A stretch of 61,357 nucleotides of DNA, the filler included, from Sluysia triapertura (lineage: Eukaryota), in the NCBI GenBank assembly GCA_046118255.1. It is 5 parts of 5 records of this genome, joined end to end, with 100 filler letters (N's around TTAATTAATTAA, not from the genome) between each part and the next. Parts side by side here need not be neighbours in the genome. Positions count along the whole stretch, not along the records: positions 1 to 13,363 come from JBJNIA010044351.1; 4 more parts are not named here. One strand, 5' to 3'. The first letter of the stretch is position 1. Every line of letters begins with the position of its first letter. The notes under the pieces were generated by a model. It saw only the letters and a program-made list of their open reading frames with translations. It was not told where the DNA came from and ran no database searches. Positions 1 through 12,279 of this stretch are shown here, one piece after another. A program made the position numbers and the translations under genes.

Positions 1-139
1 ACGAATACGAAGCATTAGATACAATTTACGAGATAATAAAACAATCGAACAATGTAAGACCATACGTAAATACGTTATGCAAGACTTTGATGTTCTCTTC
101 AGAACTGACTTCGGAAACAGTTTTTCGTGTTAATTTTTA

Positions 140-1067
140 TGTCATGGCCAAGACTGAAAGAAAAAAGAATTATTTGTTTTGCAACTTATCATTTTTATTA
201 TTTTTATCATTTTATTTTTTATTAATTTTTATTATTTTTTATATTTTTATTATTTTTATTATTTTTATTATTTTTATTAATTTTATTATTTTTACCATTT
301 TTATTATTTTTATTATTTTTATCATTTTTACAATTTAATTCAGAATTTTTAATCAATTTTGTTTCAATAAATCAATATAGATTATTGAACTAATAATTTC
401 TTTTCGGTTCTATTACCAATTCAACTGCCGGCTCATTCCATTAATGAATTTTATTAGTATTTTATGAACTTACCAAATTTATTCAATTATTAACATTTAT
501 TGGCAATAATCTTTTGAAGCACTACATTGGCATTTTTATGTTTTTAAGCTGAATTTAAGCTGAGTAAAATCATTATATTATTATTAGTAATCATTACTTC
601 TGTATAGATTATTTCTTTTATTGTAATAATACAACTACGTATTTTAAATTGATTCTTAATTATTTACTAAAATTGTGAAAAAGGCTATACCGTAATAAGG
701 ATAGCTCAATATTATAACATCAACATTTTGTTTTCAAAAAATTAGACCGTAACAGCCTAATTTAATATTTGATTTTATTAGTTAGACCGTAAAAAGGCTA
801 ACTCAAAATCGTTAAATTTATCAACCGATTTTAATAATTTAACTAAGTTAAAATCATTTAAAAACAATTCTTATCTTAAGCCTTTGTTGCTTCTATCTTT
901 TTCACAGTAAATCCTAACAGGCCGTCGTCGTTCAGACTTAAGTCGTTCTTGTTAGGTTTATTTGCATTGTAGGTTAGGTGAAACCAAAAGTATCTTTGCA
1001 GAGGGTTGTGATAGCAACCTAACATATTGATTTTCTATCTATTTGTGTAACTTTTAAGAATATAACA
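140..1067 (+). mobile_element. 5' LTR of a Gypsy-like element (start approximate), related to LTR 40695-41709
   Basis: TGTCATGG (140) ... TATAACA (1067), followed by CT-TGGAGCGGTAG (PBS-like, 1070). Shares TTAGACCGTAAAAAGGCTAACTCAAAATC and TATTTGCATTGTA..GAAACCA blocks with 41400-41630. Confidence 0.65.
190..335. repeat. Degenerate 9-bp tandem repeat (ATTTTTATT)n
   Basis: Seen directly; it explains the spurious IFIIFI ORF 87..338. Confidence 0.9.
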
Positions 1068-3421
1068 CTTGGAGCGGTAGTAATTGGAAATGTACTAGTT
1101 TTACGGCAATTTTTGACAGAGCTTCAAATAGGAAGTTGTTACAGAAAATGATCAAGAAACATTAACTCCAACTGAGCTAGAATTTCAATGCTATGGTCAC
1201 ATTTGTCAGTTATGTCATACAACTCAGTTTTTGCATCAGTCAGAGTCCACGATGTTAGTATGTGATGATGAAAATAAATTTTAGAAGGTAGTAAGAAATT
1301 AGATTTAAAGAAGAAACTAAACTTCTACAAGCAAAATTCGTTAATCAACATCATCATCAGCAATAACAGAAGTGAATAAATCATCCAGTCTTTATTTATC
1401 AGCAGAAACATGGAAAAGTAAAATCACTGAACAACAGAAAGATTAACATGAATATTGTGTTTTAAATTGTCCACATTCTTATTTATTCAGATTCATGTTT
1501 CTTTCTTCTGATGAAAATGAATTTTTAAGTGAGTAAAACTATATTCTTACTATTTGTATAGAAACAGTTGATCAGATAATTATATTAGGTCTTTTATTTA
1601 ATATCTTCAACTATTTAAATCTGACAAAACAATAACGAAAAGAACATGAAAGATTCAAAAATTGATCAAATTAACGATGGTAAAAATCCATCGTGTTATG
1701 CTGAAACAATACACAGTGTGGTAAATCCAAAATCCAAACATTAATCCTAGACAAACATCAACACAGTCCAACACATTGCTTTTAAAAAAATCTTAAACAA
1801 ACTTCAGCGTAATCCAACACAAAACATTAAATCAACAAACAAAATAAATAAAACACAAGCACAATTTTTATACATTTTAACAATCACGTAGTCTTACAAC
1901 AAAATTTATTTTTAATTATTATTAAATTATTTTTAGTAATCTTATTGCTGTTGCCTTGTTCCTACTTAAATGACTTACTAATTTTTTGTTTTATAAGTCT
2001 TGTTGTGCTGCTCTCAATATTTTTCTTCGACTATTTTAGTTACCTAAGTAAGATTTTGTGTTGTAATTTTGTTTTGTATGTGTTTTAATTTTGACACTGT
2101 TGATTGCTTCATCTGTTTAATGTATTAATGATTGTTCGATTTGTCCGTATGAATTTAAATATAATCATTTGCATATTTTGGAAAATAACTCAAAAGTTCA
2201 TCTATTTTCTCATGAAAAACAAGGAAAAAACTTTGTATGATCTTGGCATCTAACAATTTTTATAATACATAGACCTATAAGTAGAAAAGTAACACATTAG
2301 AAGTAGTTCAAAAATGCAAACAAACTGCCCAGGCCTATGTTCTTAGTTATACAAATGCCAAGGTCACTTCTTATATTATGCCAACATAATTTGGAATAAA
2401 TTCAATTCTTATAAATTAAAATTTAAGAAAATATAAACTTTTTGCTTTAAAAGTCGATTTTTCCCTTAATTTATGCAATGATATATTGAAGGAAAAGTCG
2501 ACTTTAATTTTAATTTATTGCAGGATCGATTAAAGCTCCTTTTTAAATCTAGCGAAGAACAAAAAATAATTTAAATTTTATAAAAAAAATTTAAAGCAAA
2601 TAATGTTTCTAATAAAACATATATTGGCATTGAATAAATAACTGTAACAATTTATCAGGCTTACGTTTTGACATGCCTTTCAAAAAAGGTTATATTAATA
2701 ATTGGATATTAGATAGACTAAATAATAAATATTAGATAGACTACCGCAAAACATTTTTCCAAAATCAGATAACAAATATCATTGTCATAGAAACTGTTTT
2801 TAACTTTACGTCCACTAGGGAAACAATGAGTATTACTGTAATGAACTAATTCTGACTACTTCTTTGCTTTTATCGGAATATAAACACAGGCTAAATATCA
2901 TAGTTATTGGAGTTTTGTAATAGATTGAGGTTAGAGCTTCGCAACTATAGTTCCATTTTATAAAGAGTACCTATTAATAATTATATAAAAAGAACATCTA
3001 TGGAAAATAAAATAAAAACCAATAATTAAAATAAATTAAAAATTACCTAATGAATAGTTTCATGATATCATCTATTAGTACTGTTAATTTTTATTACTTG
3101 TTTTGTTACGAATCACATGTCAAAACAGGTATTGACATTACCGAATGTTTTTTCATCCAATCATTTACTGATGAAATTACCAGATAATTCAGTGTAATAA
3201 ATATATTCGTTACATTTTCTCTGAAAGATTAAAATTACCTCATTATAGACTTGGTGAAATTAACATTAGAACATTATCAGAAAGTTTCATGCATAATGAA
3301 ATAATAATAAAAATTAATTTAACTTATAATTGTCCAAGTGACATCGGTATTATTCCGTTTTTATTAATGTCACGTTATAATAATAATAATAATCAAAATC
3401 ATAATAATATAACAATTAAAT

Positions 3422-3694
3422 TTGACTTATAATCGATTAACTCTTGTATGTGCACAAAATCTGAGTGAAAAATCATCGAAGTGTGCAAATGTAATAACAC
3501 TATATTTAAATCATAATCTTTTCAATGATAATGCTTCACTAGCATTATGTTATTTAAAATATTTATACCTGTCTCACAATAAATTAGGGAGTAATTTTCT
3601 ATTAATTTTGGTTAATGATCATATTAATACTGAATATTTAATTTCGTTATCCAAACAACTACATCAATCTGCTGTGGTTTTTATTAATATTTGA
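3422..3694 (+). pseudogene. Leucine-rich-repeat gene fragment
   Basis: VITLYLNHNLF and LKYLYLSHNKLG fit the LxxLxLxxNxL pattern; no complete gene context. Confidence 0.5.
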
Positions 3695-4299
3695 GTTTAA
3701 ATCTACGACAAAATAGAAAGCGTCTTACGTCGTAAAGAAGGCACCTCTGTAACAAAATAAGTTAAACTAAATACAGTAAATTAAATATATACTCTTATAA
3801 CTAGAGGGTCTAATAAATTCACAAACAACTAACAGAATTATTTATTAACGAATTAAAAATTTATACAACTTGAATTATAGTACAGAATAAAGTATTCTCT
3901 ATAAAGTATAATATAGTGAAATGTTCTAAAGCAATCTGCCATCTTCTAACAAAAGTAATAATAACTTTAGAATTTATAATATTTTCACTTAATTTATTTG
4001 ATTCAAATATTTTCTCACAAAATGGTGGTATATTATTGAAATAACTTTGTGAACACACTTTAAAAGCAGAAACGATTATGCAAAACATTGTCCTTATTTA
4101 ATCATCTAAAACAATATGTAACATTACCTGCTTAAACCTGAGAAACTTGCAGAAATACGAGTGGGACCAATTGGTTAAACAAAGTGACCAGAGTAAAATA
4201 CACCAAATAATCTTTGAGTCATTTTACTTCTTATATAAAGACCCAGAATTAAATCATAAAATAAATCTGCATAAAATAAAACTTAAGGTCTCAATTATA

Positions 4300-6726
4300 G
4301 ATAAAGCCGAAGAATTTGATATAAACTTATTTAAATTATATGCTGTGGTGGCCAACCCAATAATCTGAAATTTTATTTCTTTAACACATAACAAAACATT
4401 TCACAACTCTCAATACCCCTGAACACAAAATTACAATACATCAAATTCACAATCAATACTGAAAATAATCAAAGACTAACTTAAAAAAATTAATTCATAA
4501 TAGTACAAATTTAATCCAACATACTTTACATAACATTCTAACTATTTTCCATTAAAACCTTTTTTATAATTTTTTTCTACATCTACTAAAACCTTATCCT
4601 AACCTTCTCAAAACATATCTATTTAATATTACATTCATTTTCAGAATTTATAATATAAATCAAAAAATTCATTAAAAAAATTTTATTTATAGTTCTATAG
4701 CAGTACAATCATATGTACATTTGTTAACATTGCACAACTACCCTTAGAATGTAACAAGTCTATTTATATATTTCATTTCCTTCAGATCCACTATAATCAT
4801 TTTCTTTAATATCTTAAAACACTTTAATTCATAAGTTTACAACATTCAAACCGTAATTCTAGTTAAAAACTATCAATTTACAATTTTAAGTTTATTCAGA
4901 ACATTTCAATCCACAATTTCAACATTCAAATCATACTTTCACTCAAAGCATTGATTTACATCTTTAATTTTACTTAAAACATTTTTATTTAGTTGTTTTT
5001 AAGAATAAATTAAAGAAATAGATTTATGTCAAGAAAATATTTAAATTAGAAAGAAAGTTCATGTTTTAAGATAATGAAAGTTTATGCTTTTATTTAATTT
5101 ACTATTATTATTGTCTTTAATTTTCACATTTTTGTATTATTATTATTATTATTTTATTTTTATCTATTTATCATAATTTTTGTCATTATTTTTAATTTTC
5201 ATTATAAAGACCACTATAATGGTCGCAGTTGTCATACAAAAGCACATAAACTAATTAATTTTGCTTGTCACCAGCCGACATTTGAGTTGCATTGAACTAG
5301 CATGCCGTTTCAACTGTCGACTGATGACAATTGCCTGGTGTTGTTTTCCTAGTTTGTTATGTAGTAAATCTAACCTGATTGGATTTCCAATCAGTATTAA
5401 TCTCTTTTTCAAGCAGACAAGTGTGCAAGCTCAACTGTGTATAGTAGTTATTACAAAACAAAAATCTATTTGGGTGCGATTTATGAATTATAAGTAATGA
5501 GTATTTACTGACTCTGACAACCAATCACAATATACATTTTATTTTGATTAGTAACAATGTATTTAATGTAAACTTTTTAGTGAAAATTAGTACACAAAAA
5601 TTTAGTTAATTTTATAAGCTCTTAAACATTTATCAACATTTTCAGAAATTATTCAATAATTGAATTAGAGATGACAATTTTTGAGTATTATCAATTTTAA
5701 AAAGATGCTTGATTTTACGACTATTTCACCACAATTGTAAAGTCGGAAATTATTCCGTTGCTGACATTAAAGAATTTCGAAATCGTATTAATGAAAAATA
5801 TAGTAATGAGGATTCATTAGCTGAAGTGAAAATATGAACAAATTTTATCTTAATTTAATAAATATATAGACGATCAAATAGGTATTTATGAAATCTATGA
5901 AAATTTTGATATTTCCTGTTATTTAGTACCATTAAAGTAAATCGTAAAGAATTAGAAAATAATGAATTGTTATATGCTCGTACCATGATTGTTGCATCTA
6001 TGGCTACGTGGAATAATATAATGAGTTACATTAATCGCTCGAATGTAGTCAATCAAGTGATGGATCTTTCTTTAGTACTGCATTCAAATTAAGTTCAGAG
6101 ATTATATTTAAATCAACACCACCATTGTTTTATTCTGACATCATTTGATACTATTATAACAAATCCTACTGTTTTTAGATTGCAGGCAATCATTTAAGAA
6201 TACTGTAAACTATACTAGACAAGATACAGAAATATATGGTTTAAATATTGAAAAGATGCAATCTTTTGAGGCTTTATTTATGAATGCAGAAGTAAATCTA
6301 ATACAAGATAAAATTATACTAGATCTAACACATGAGTCAAGCAGTAATGACGAAGATAATCATAAGAGGAGATACGAGAATTCTCAATTCAGCAATTTGA
6401 TTTTGGATCAATCAAGAAATAGTAATCCTATTAGTCTAAAACAAGATCACAACTCATTTAACTTTGATGCATATTTTAAATTGGCTCTCTGCCTTTATGA
6501 AACTAATCAAGAAGGTAAATGCTCAAAGTTTGGAACTAAATGTAGATATTCGCAAATAGTCAACAAACTACAAGAACTGAATTTCAATTATATGATCCTA
6601 TCGACACATCACAATAGATTAAACGATTTGTTAGCAAATATTGATATCCAAATTATAAAGACTGCCGATGACGCTACTACAATGCTATTTCAAGGAATTC
6701 ATGATGTCTCTAGCAAAGTGGCATAA
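4300..6726. repeat. Decayed divergent two-gene cassette, copy 1 (Cys-rich repeat ORF on minus, CCAAT region, ORF on plus)
   Basis: Shares TGTGGTGGCCAACC, ATCCTAACCTTCTCAAAACAT, AACATTGCACAA, TCATAAGTTTACAACA and GTCGACTGATRACA with 35430-36570. Confidence 0.7.
5375..5394. promoter_or_regulatory. Inverted pair of CCAAT boxes (CTGATTGGA-TT-TCCAATCAG)
   Basis: Perfect 9-bp inverted repeat in a GC-richer patch between divergent decayed ORFs. Another CCAATCA lies near 5521, and CTGATTGG is also present in the 36560 copy. Confidence 0.45.
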
Positions 6727-7174
6727 ATTGAAATATACTAAAAACTTAAATTTAAATTTAAGTTTAAATTTTTTAAATAAAATTAAATGTTTCAATGTCT
6801 TTTTTTAATTTGTCAAAAGTAATGAAGATTCTCTTAGTTAATTTAAATAAGAAAAGTTGTAATTACAATAAAATTTTTATAATGAAATCTAAAAAACCCA
6901 AATTAATAACCAGTTTTAATTTTACAATTTCAAATAATTCTAATCCATTAATTATTAATAATTATTAATAATTATTAATAATCCAATTTTAGTGATTCTT
7001 TACCTGCAGTAAGGTCAAGATATTACTGTTATTTAAAATCTTCCCTAAGTCTGGGATCGTAGGTGGATTTATTCATTATATAAAGCATTTTATTGTTCGA
7101 TTAAACCCATATCAATAATCAACAATATAATTTTTACATAAGTTTTATCAATCTGAATATTTTATATTTTACAG

Positions 7175-7845
7175 CATATACTAGATATCCGGATCGTCAT
7201 AAAATGGAATACGTAATCAAGGGAGCTCAAATAACCCAGAAAACTGATTACAACAAAAGTCCTTTTGTTATTCAAATTGTATTTCTTGATAACGCTGAAA
7301 TTTGTCTAAAATTGTCAAATGCTGATCTATATAATGCTTGGTTAAAGAATTTAAAGAATAATTCAACTTTGACAGTAGGAAATTTGCCGCGTTTGACAAT
7401 TAATAGTGATTCGAGTGTTCCAACAAATATTCCAGTTGTAAACAAAAAAGAAAAAGCTCCAGAAAAACAAACGATTGATGTATCTGCCGTATTGGACGAT
7501 GATTTTGGAAGTGTATCTGCATCGATTACGAGTCAACCGTCGACTCCATTTGGTGATAATACAGATTATAAGCCAACTCCTGCAGCAGCGGCAAGAAAAT
7601 CAGGTCACATTAAAGAACAAAAATCTACTTCTTCTGTGCAATCTGTCGCATTACGTCAATCAACTGATTTACCGGAAAATAAAACTAATGAATCAGTAAA
7701 ACATGGAACATTACCAAAATCCGCTGTTTCCGATAAATCGAATAAAGATGGTAAACCGAAATCTGGTACACTTGATGCTGCGAAAAAGAAAGGAAAATCA
7801 TTTTTTTCTGCGTTTAAGAAACATAACAAAGAAGATGAAGTTTAA
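7175..7845 (+). CDS. Terminal exon: C-terminal half of a PH domain plus S/T/K-rich tail (beta-spectrin-like); upstream exons not found, possibly a fragment
   Basis: Acceptor ttttacag at 7174. TDYNKSPFVIQIVFLDNAEICLK..LYNAWLKNL resembles the spectrin PH DYKKKKHVF..WI segment, and the tail KKKGKSFFSAFKK resembles beta-spectrin C-termini. Confidence 0.6.
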
Positions 7846-8249
7846 TTAATTAAAATTGTCATATTAACACTACTTAGTTATTAACAATTGCTCAATTTTT
7901 TGACGTTATTATTTATTAACTTTTAATAATTTATTATTGTTATTCTGTTTTTTATAAATTAGCTTCAATATAATTTTCATTGTGTTTTTATAATTTTGTG
8001 TTACTTCAGTTTGAACTTCCAAAATGTACTTTTTATTTAATGTAACCAAATAATTGTGGTAATTAACGTAAATTTGAAATAGATTTAGAAATTTTCTAGA
8101 TTTTAGAAAATATCTACATTTTTCGAATTTTAGGAAATTTTTTAATTGTATACGATTGCGTTATTATCCATTTATTATTAATTAATAGTTATGAATTTTT
8201 TGTCTACTTGCAATTATAAATGTTACTATTATGGATTCGCCTGTAATCT

Positions 8250-9877
8250 TGTGATTTGTATCCTAACAGAAGACACAGTTACAGGTTTTAGTCAAAAATG
8301 TCAAGAAAAGGGTCCATAATTAGTGTTTATTTTTTAAAGTTAGGTGTTTTCTAAATACTTAATTATATTTATTTATGAAATTTAATCTTTTAAATTAATC
8401 TTTAACAAAAAAAATAAAGAAATTAAAATTTATTAAATAAATACTATATTAGTTGCTAAAAAATGTACTTTTACACGATAAAAATTTGTACACAAAATAT
8501 AATGTAATAAAATCAGAATAAAATTGAAATTAAGGTTTTTCTCCTTAATTATTTTAAATGATTTTAATTAAAATTAGATTGAGCCATGAGTTATTCTTGG
8601 CTTGTATTATAAGATTTTAAGTAAATTTATCAAAGTCTTATCCTAATAAGAATTAATTTACGATTGCACGGACTTTAGTGAATATTTATTGAAAATATAT
8701 TTAAATTTATTTAATGAACAATTATTAAAATAAAAATCATTAAAATCGATTATTAAATTACATTTATTAAAATTTCATTTAAAGATTCTTTGATTAAAGT
8801 TAACTTTATTAAATATCGAATAACCTGTGAGAAAATTAAACGTTATTAGAATAAAGGTTAAAGCTGTGAGTTCAGCAACGTACTGGACTTACCAGTGAGG
8901 GCCAGCCGTTGGATTTGGTAATGTAAAAATAATGGAGGTTACGTCAAAAAATTATTAGATTTTCTTGGATATATATTAATTGCTTTAATTGTTAATTTAA
9001 TAATTACAAATTATTTAAAGGTTTAAATATGATTTTTCGTGGATCCTGTGAAATACGATCAAAATGATTATGTTACAATGTTAGAATTACACTCTAACCA
9101 AAAAATTCAACTGTCGTGTGATTTTTCTTTAGTTTGAAACTATAAAAGTTAGATTCAATTCAATAACAAATTAAATTTACAAAGTATATTATCAAAATGT
9201 TACTTCAGAATTAATCAAAAAATTCTTGTTATCTTCAAAAATTTTAATAGAATTTTACAATGAATCTATTATAAGATTCAAAAAATAATTTACAAAAATG
9301 ATTTTTAGTAGGATTTTACGAATGATATTTTGTCGATATCGAGTCTTATAAAAATAAACTAATTGTACTAATAAAACGAATTTGTATGAAAATAATGGTT
9401 TGGATCGCTTGACGTAATCGGATAACTGAACTTTTAGTCGAAAAGATTTGTGATTTACTCTAAAAGAACGCGATTGCAACACGATTCTGTTTATAGTCAA
9501 AATAAAAATGGTGTGAAAATGTAGCAAAAATTCTGTTTATTTATATTTGTTTTAGTCTGACCTTGGTCAGACTAAAACAAAACTAATATATTATTTATTT
9601 AAAAAAATAATTTTAGATAATTTATAATAGTGATTTTAAATATAATTTTATAATTTAAAAATATAATTTAATAATTTTAAAAATAAAAATAATCATACTT
9701 TTGAAATAATTAAAATTAATTCCTTTGATTAATTTTTTTAAAAATATTAATAAAAATTTGAAAATAAATCCAATTATTTATAACACTTACAAATACAAAA
9801 TCAATAATATAATTTAGTCAATAATGTGTGTTAATGCAAATGTATCTTAGATGTATAGATGTATCTTAGTCATCACA
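8250..9877 (-). mobile_element. Putative LTR (minus), homologous to 44699-~46100; left boundary uncertain
   Basis: TGTGAT (8250) ... ATCACA (9877) inverted ends; block-wise similarity of 8820-9600 to 44900-45830; no convincing TSD. Confidence 0.45.
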
Positions 9878-10239
9878 AACCAAAATAATATAAAAGGCAT
9901 TTATTCAATATATACTTTAATCGAATTATAATTAAACAATTGAATGATAATAGTTTATTAAACAAATGTTGGAATATTTCGTAGGTAAGACTTTAAAAAG
10001 ATTAGGACAAGAATAGAAATCAACTGAATAAAGATGATAATAAAAATTAAAATACCGTACTTGAAGTAACAAATAAAAAGTTTCTTCGTCAATGGAGTTG
10101 AAACATGATTTACGAAACGTTGTGGTAATTGGTGTATTGGATTGTGCCCAAATAATAGTTAAACAGTCACTTGTGTCAGTTATATCAACTAGATAATTGT
10201 AGGTTACATTTGTAAAGATCGTCAGGATATGTTGGATAA

Positions 10240-10760
10240 CATTCATATATTTTGTTAATGAATGTATTGTTACATAAGCATCATGATTTACAAGTTGTTG
10301 ACAAACTGATGATAAAAATGTATTATCAATTACAACATAAATATTCTTATCAAAACTTTTGTTAATTTTAACAGCTCTTTCCATATCAAATATTTTCATT
10401 ATGGGATTAAATTGAGTTTTAATCCATATCATTTTAGTAGACTAGTTAAACATTTCTTTAATAGTGTCAATTCTTGTAAATTAATAGCTTCACATATTAT
10501 TCCAAATTTCACATCTACTTTCATAAAATAAAGTCTAAATTCTCTATAAACTTCAATAAGGTATAAGGTTTCATCACTAAAATAAAAATGATTAGTTATA
10601 GAAATTAATCTTGAAGCGAGAGTAGTACAATTTTCCGTTGCTGCTGTGATTGCTTCTAATATTTCTCTATTATAATTACAATCATATTTTAAATGGTCGT
10701 ATTTTATAAGTTCGTTTGCTGATTCTTGTTTAAAAGAGATGGCTCGACAGTTTTGATTTC
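10240..10760 (-). pseudogene. CTH: Cystathionine gamma-lyase pseudogene fragment (intronless, frameshift near 10440)
   Basis: SFKQ..NREILEAITAA.. followed by MIWIKTQFNP..VVIDNTFLS..HSLTKYMN matches the CTH WIETPTNP / DNTF / SxTKY (PLP lysine) motifs; truncated after KYMN. Confidence 0.85.
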
Positions 10761-11120
10761 ATCTCAAAATCTTTAAGAATATTATAAGCCTTGCCATTAT
10801 AAAGTTTGATATTAAACATTATTTTTAAAAATAATGAAAACTTTTATCTTATGGCTGTATTATGTCTAAAAACTGTGTTTTTAACTAACTACAAACAAAT
10901 TAATTTTGTCGTACTTAAATCAAATTAATCACAATATACCACCAATTGAGTTTCTGCATTTTAATTAATTATTTTGACTGGTTTCTGACACTCAACAACA
11001 AAACATTCCATTTATGTCAAAACTAAATTAATGTTTCTATTGACCTAAAACATAATTGATTGATGTGATTGAAGTGATATAAACAAATTTTTAAATAATA
11101 ATAAATGTTTTAAATTAATC

Positions 11121-12185
11121 TTACAATAACAAATGTTTACATTGAAGTGAGGAGGGCATTAATATATATTTTAATTTTTGCAACATTAATTTAATTGAAC
11201 AAATTATAATTAAAATAAAACTATTTGAATCACTTTTATTTCTATTTACAAATATGGGCTTAAGGCCCGAAATGATTAAAAGCGAACATATAATTAGAAT
11301 ATTTAATGAAAAAACAAGATTAATCATCATCATGATATTTATAATACAGTATATTATATACAATGTTTTTAATAAAATTATAATAGCTAATAAACACCGA
11401 AGAGATAAAAATAAATAACCAGAATCAAAAGTCGCGGTCCATACGTAAAATGTTAGAAGCGTAGCAAAAATAGCTATATTTTCATTGTCACAATTTCCGG
11501 ATGTACTTCGACTTAAATAACCAGAAACAAAAAGAATGCCAATTATTACAAAAACTATGGTACATTTTTTTATAGTTGTAGCATAAATATTCTCACATTT
11601 ACTAACACAATTATTAATAACTTGTTGTAATTCATAAATAAGACCTTGTCTGTATGATTCTAATTCCTGTTGTAAATTATCAAAAACTTTATCATCAATT
11701 ATCAGTAAATGTGTTGATAATAAAGAACCAATTATTCTTATAGTAGCTTCAAATACTTGAACTGTTGCATCGATATCAAAATGTAAGGTATCAATAAGAA
11801 TTTGAACAACCCTTTTAAATTCAGCAATTTCATTCATTATAAATAATGTATCTAAAGTGTCCACTAAAGTTAATTGATAATTTCCAAATACATCATTAAT
11901 ATTTATATTATTTGTGTTTTCAAGATCTGGTCTTCTACCACGACAATTAATAGGATCTAGTTCATCTAAAGGATGAGCATACTTCATGTAATTTTCATAT
12001 CCAAAATGAAACATAGATTTAGCTAAATCCTTATTTACATTTTTGCTTCTTGTTTTTAAGAATTTATGAATTCTAATACTTTCCAGAAATACTTTTTGTG
12101 TTTTTATTAAGTCTGCTAAAGAATCACATAATGCAGTTAAAACGAACATTATTAACAAAATCATAAACAAGTTTTTATTCATCAT
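11121..12185 (-). CDS. Chimeric 354-aa ORF: signal peptide + N-terminal GH47 (EDEM1-like) + STT3 transmembrane fragment
   Basis: aa 52-165: MFHFGYENYMKYAHPLDELDP, NININDVFGNYQLTLVDTLDTL, VQVFEATIR (EDEM). aa ~212-305: GYLSRSTSGNCDNENIAIF..TFYVW (STT3 GYISRSxAGSYDNEGIAIF). Confidence 0.8.
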   Translation of the reverse strand: MMNKNLFMILLIMFVLTALCDSLADLIKTQKVFLESIRIHKFLKTRSKNVNKDLAKSMFHFGYENYMKYAHPLDELDPINCRGRRPDLENTNNININDVFGNYQLTLVDTLDTLFIMNEIAEFKRVVQILIDTLHFDIDATVQVFEATIRIIGSLLSTHLLIIDDKVFDNLQQELESYRQGLIYELQQVINNCVSKCENIYATTIKKCTIVFVIIGILFVSGYLSRSTSGNCDNENIAIFATLLTFYVWTATFDSGYLFLSLRCLLAIIILLKTLYIIYCIINIMMMINLVFSLNILIICSLLIISGLKPIFVNRNKSDSNSFILIIICSIKLMLQKLKYILMPSSLQCKHLLL

Positions 12186-12279
12186 TTAGTCATATTAGTT
12201 ACGCTTTAATTAATCAATAAACGATTTTTTTAAAACTTTCATAATATTTTAATTTTTTAAATTTTTAATATTTTTATTT

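Noticed and set aside
87-338. 83-aa hydrophobic ORF
   Set aside because: Translation of a 9-bp AT tandem repeat.
683-803. CRISPR-like interpretation of the spaced hairpin repeats
   Set aside because: Eukaryotic context, unequal spacers, non-identical repeats and no cas genes.
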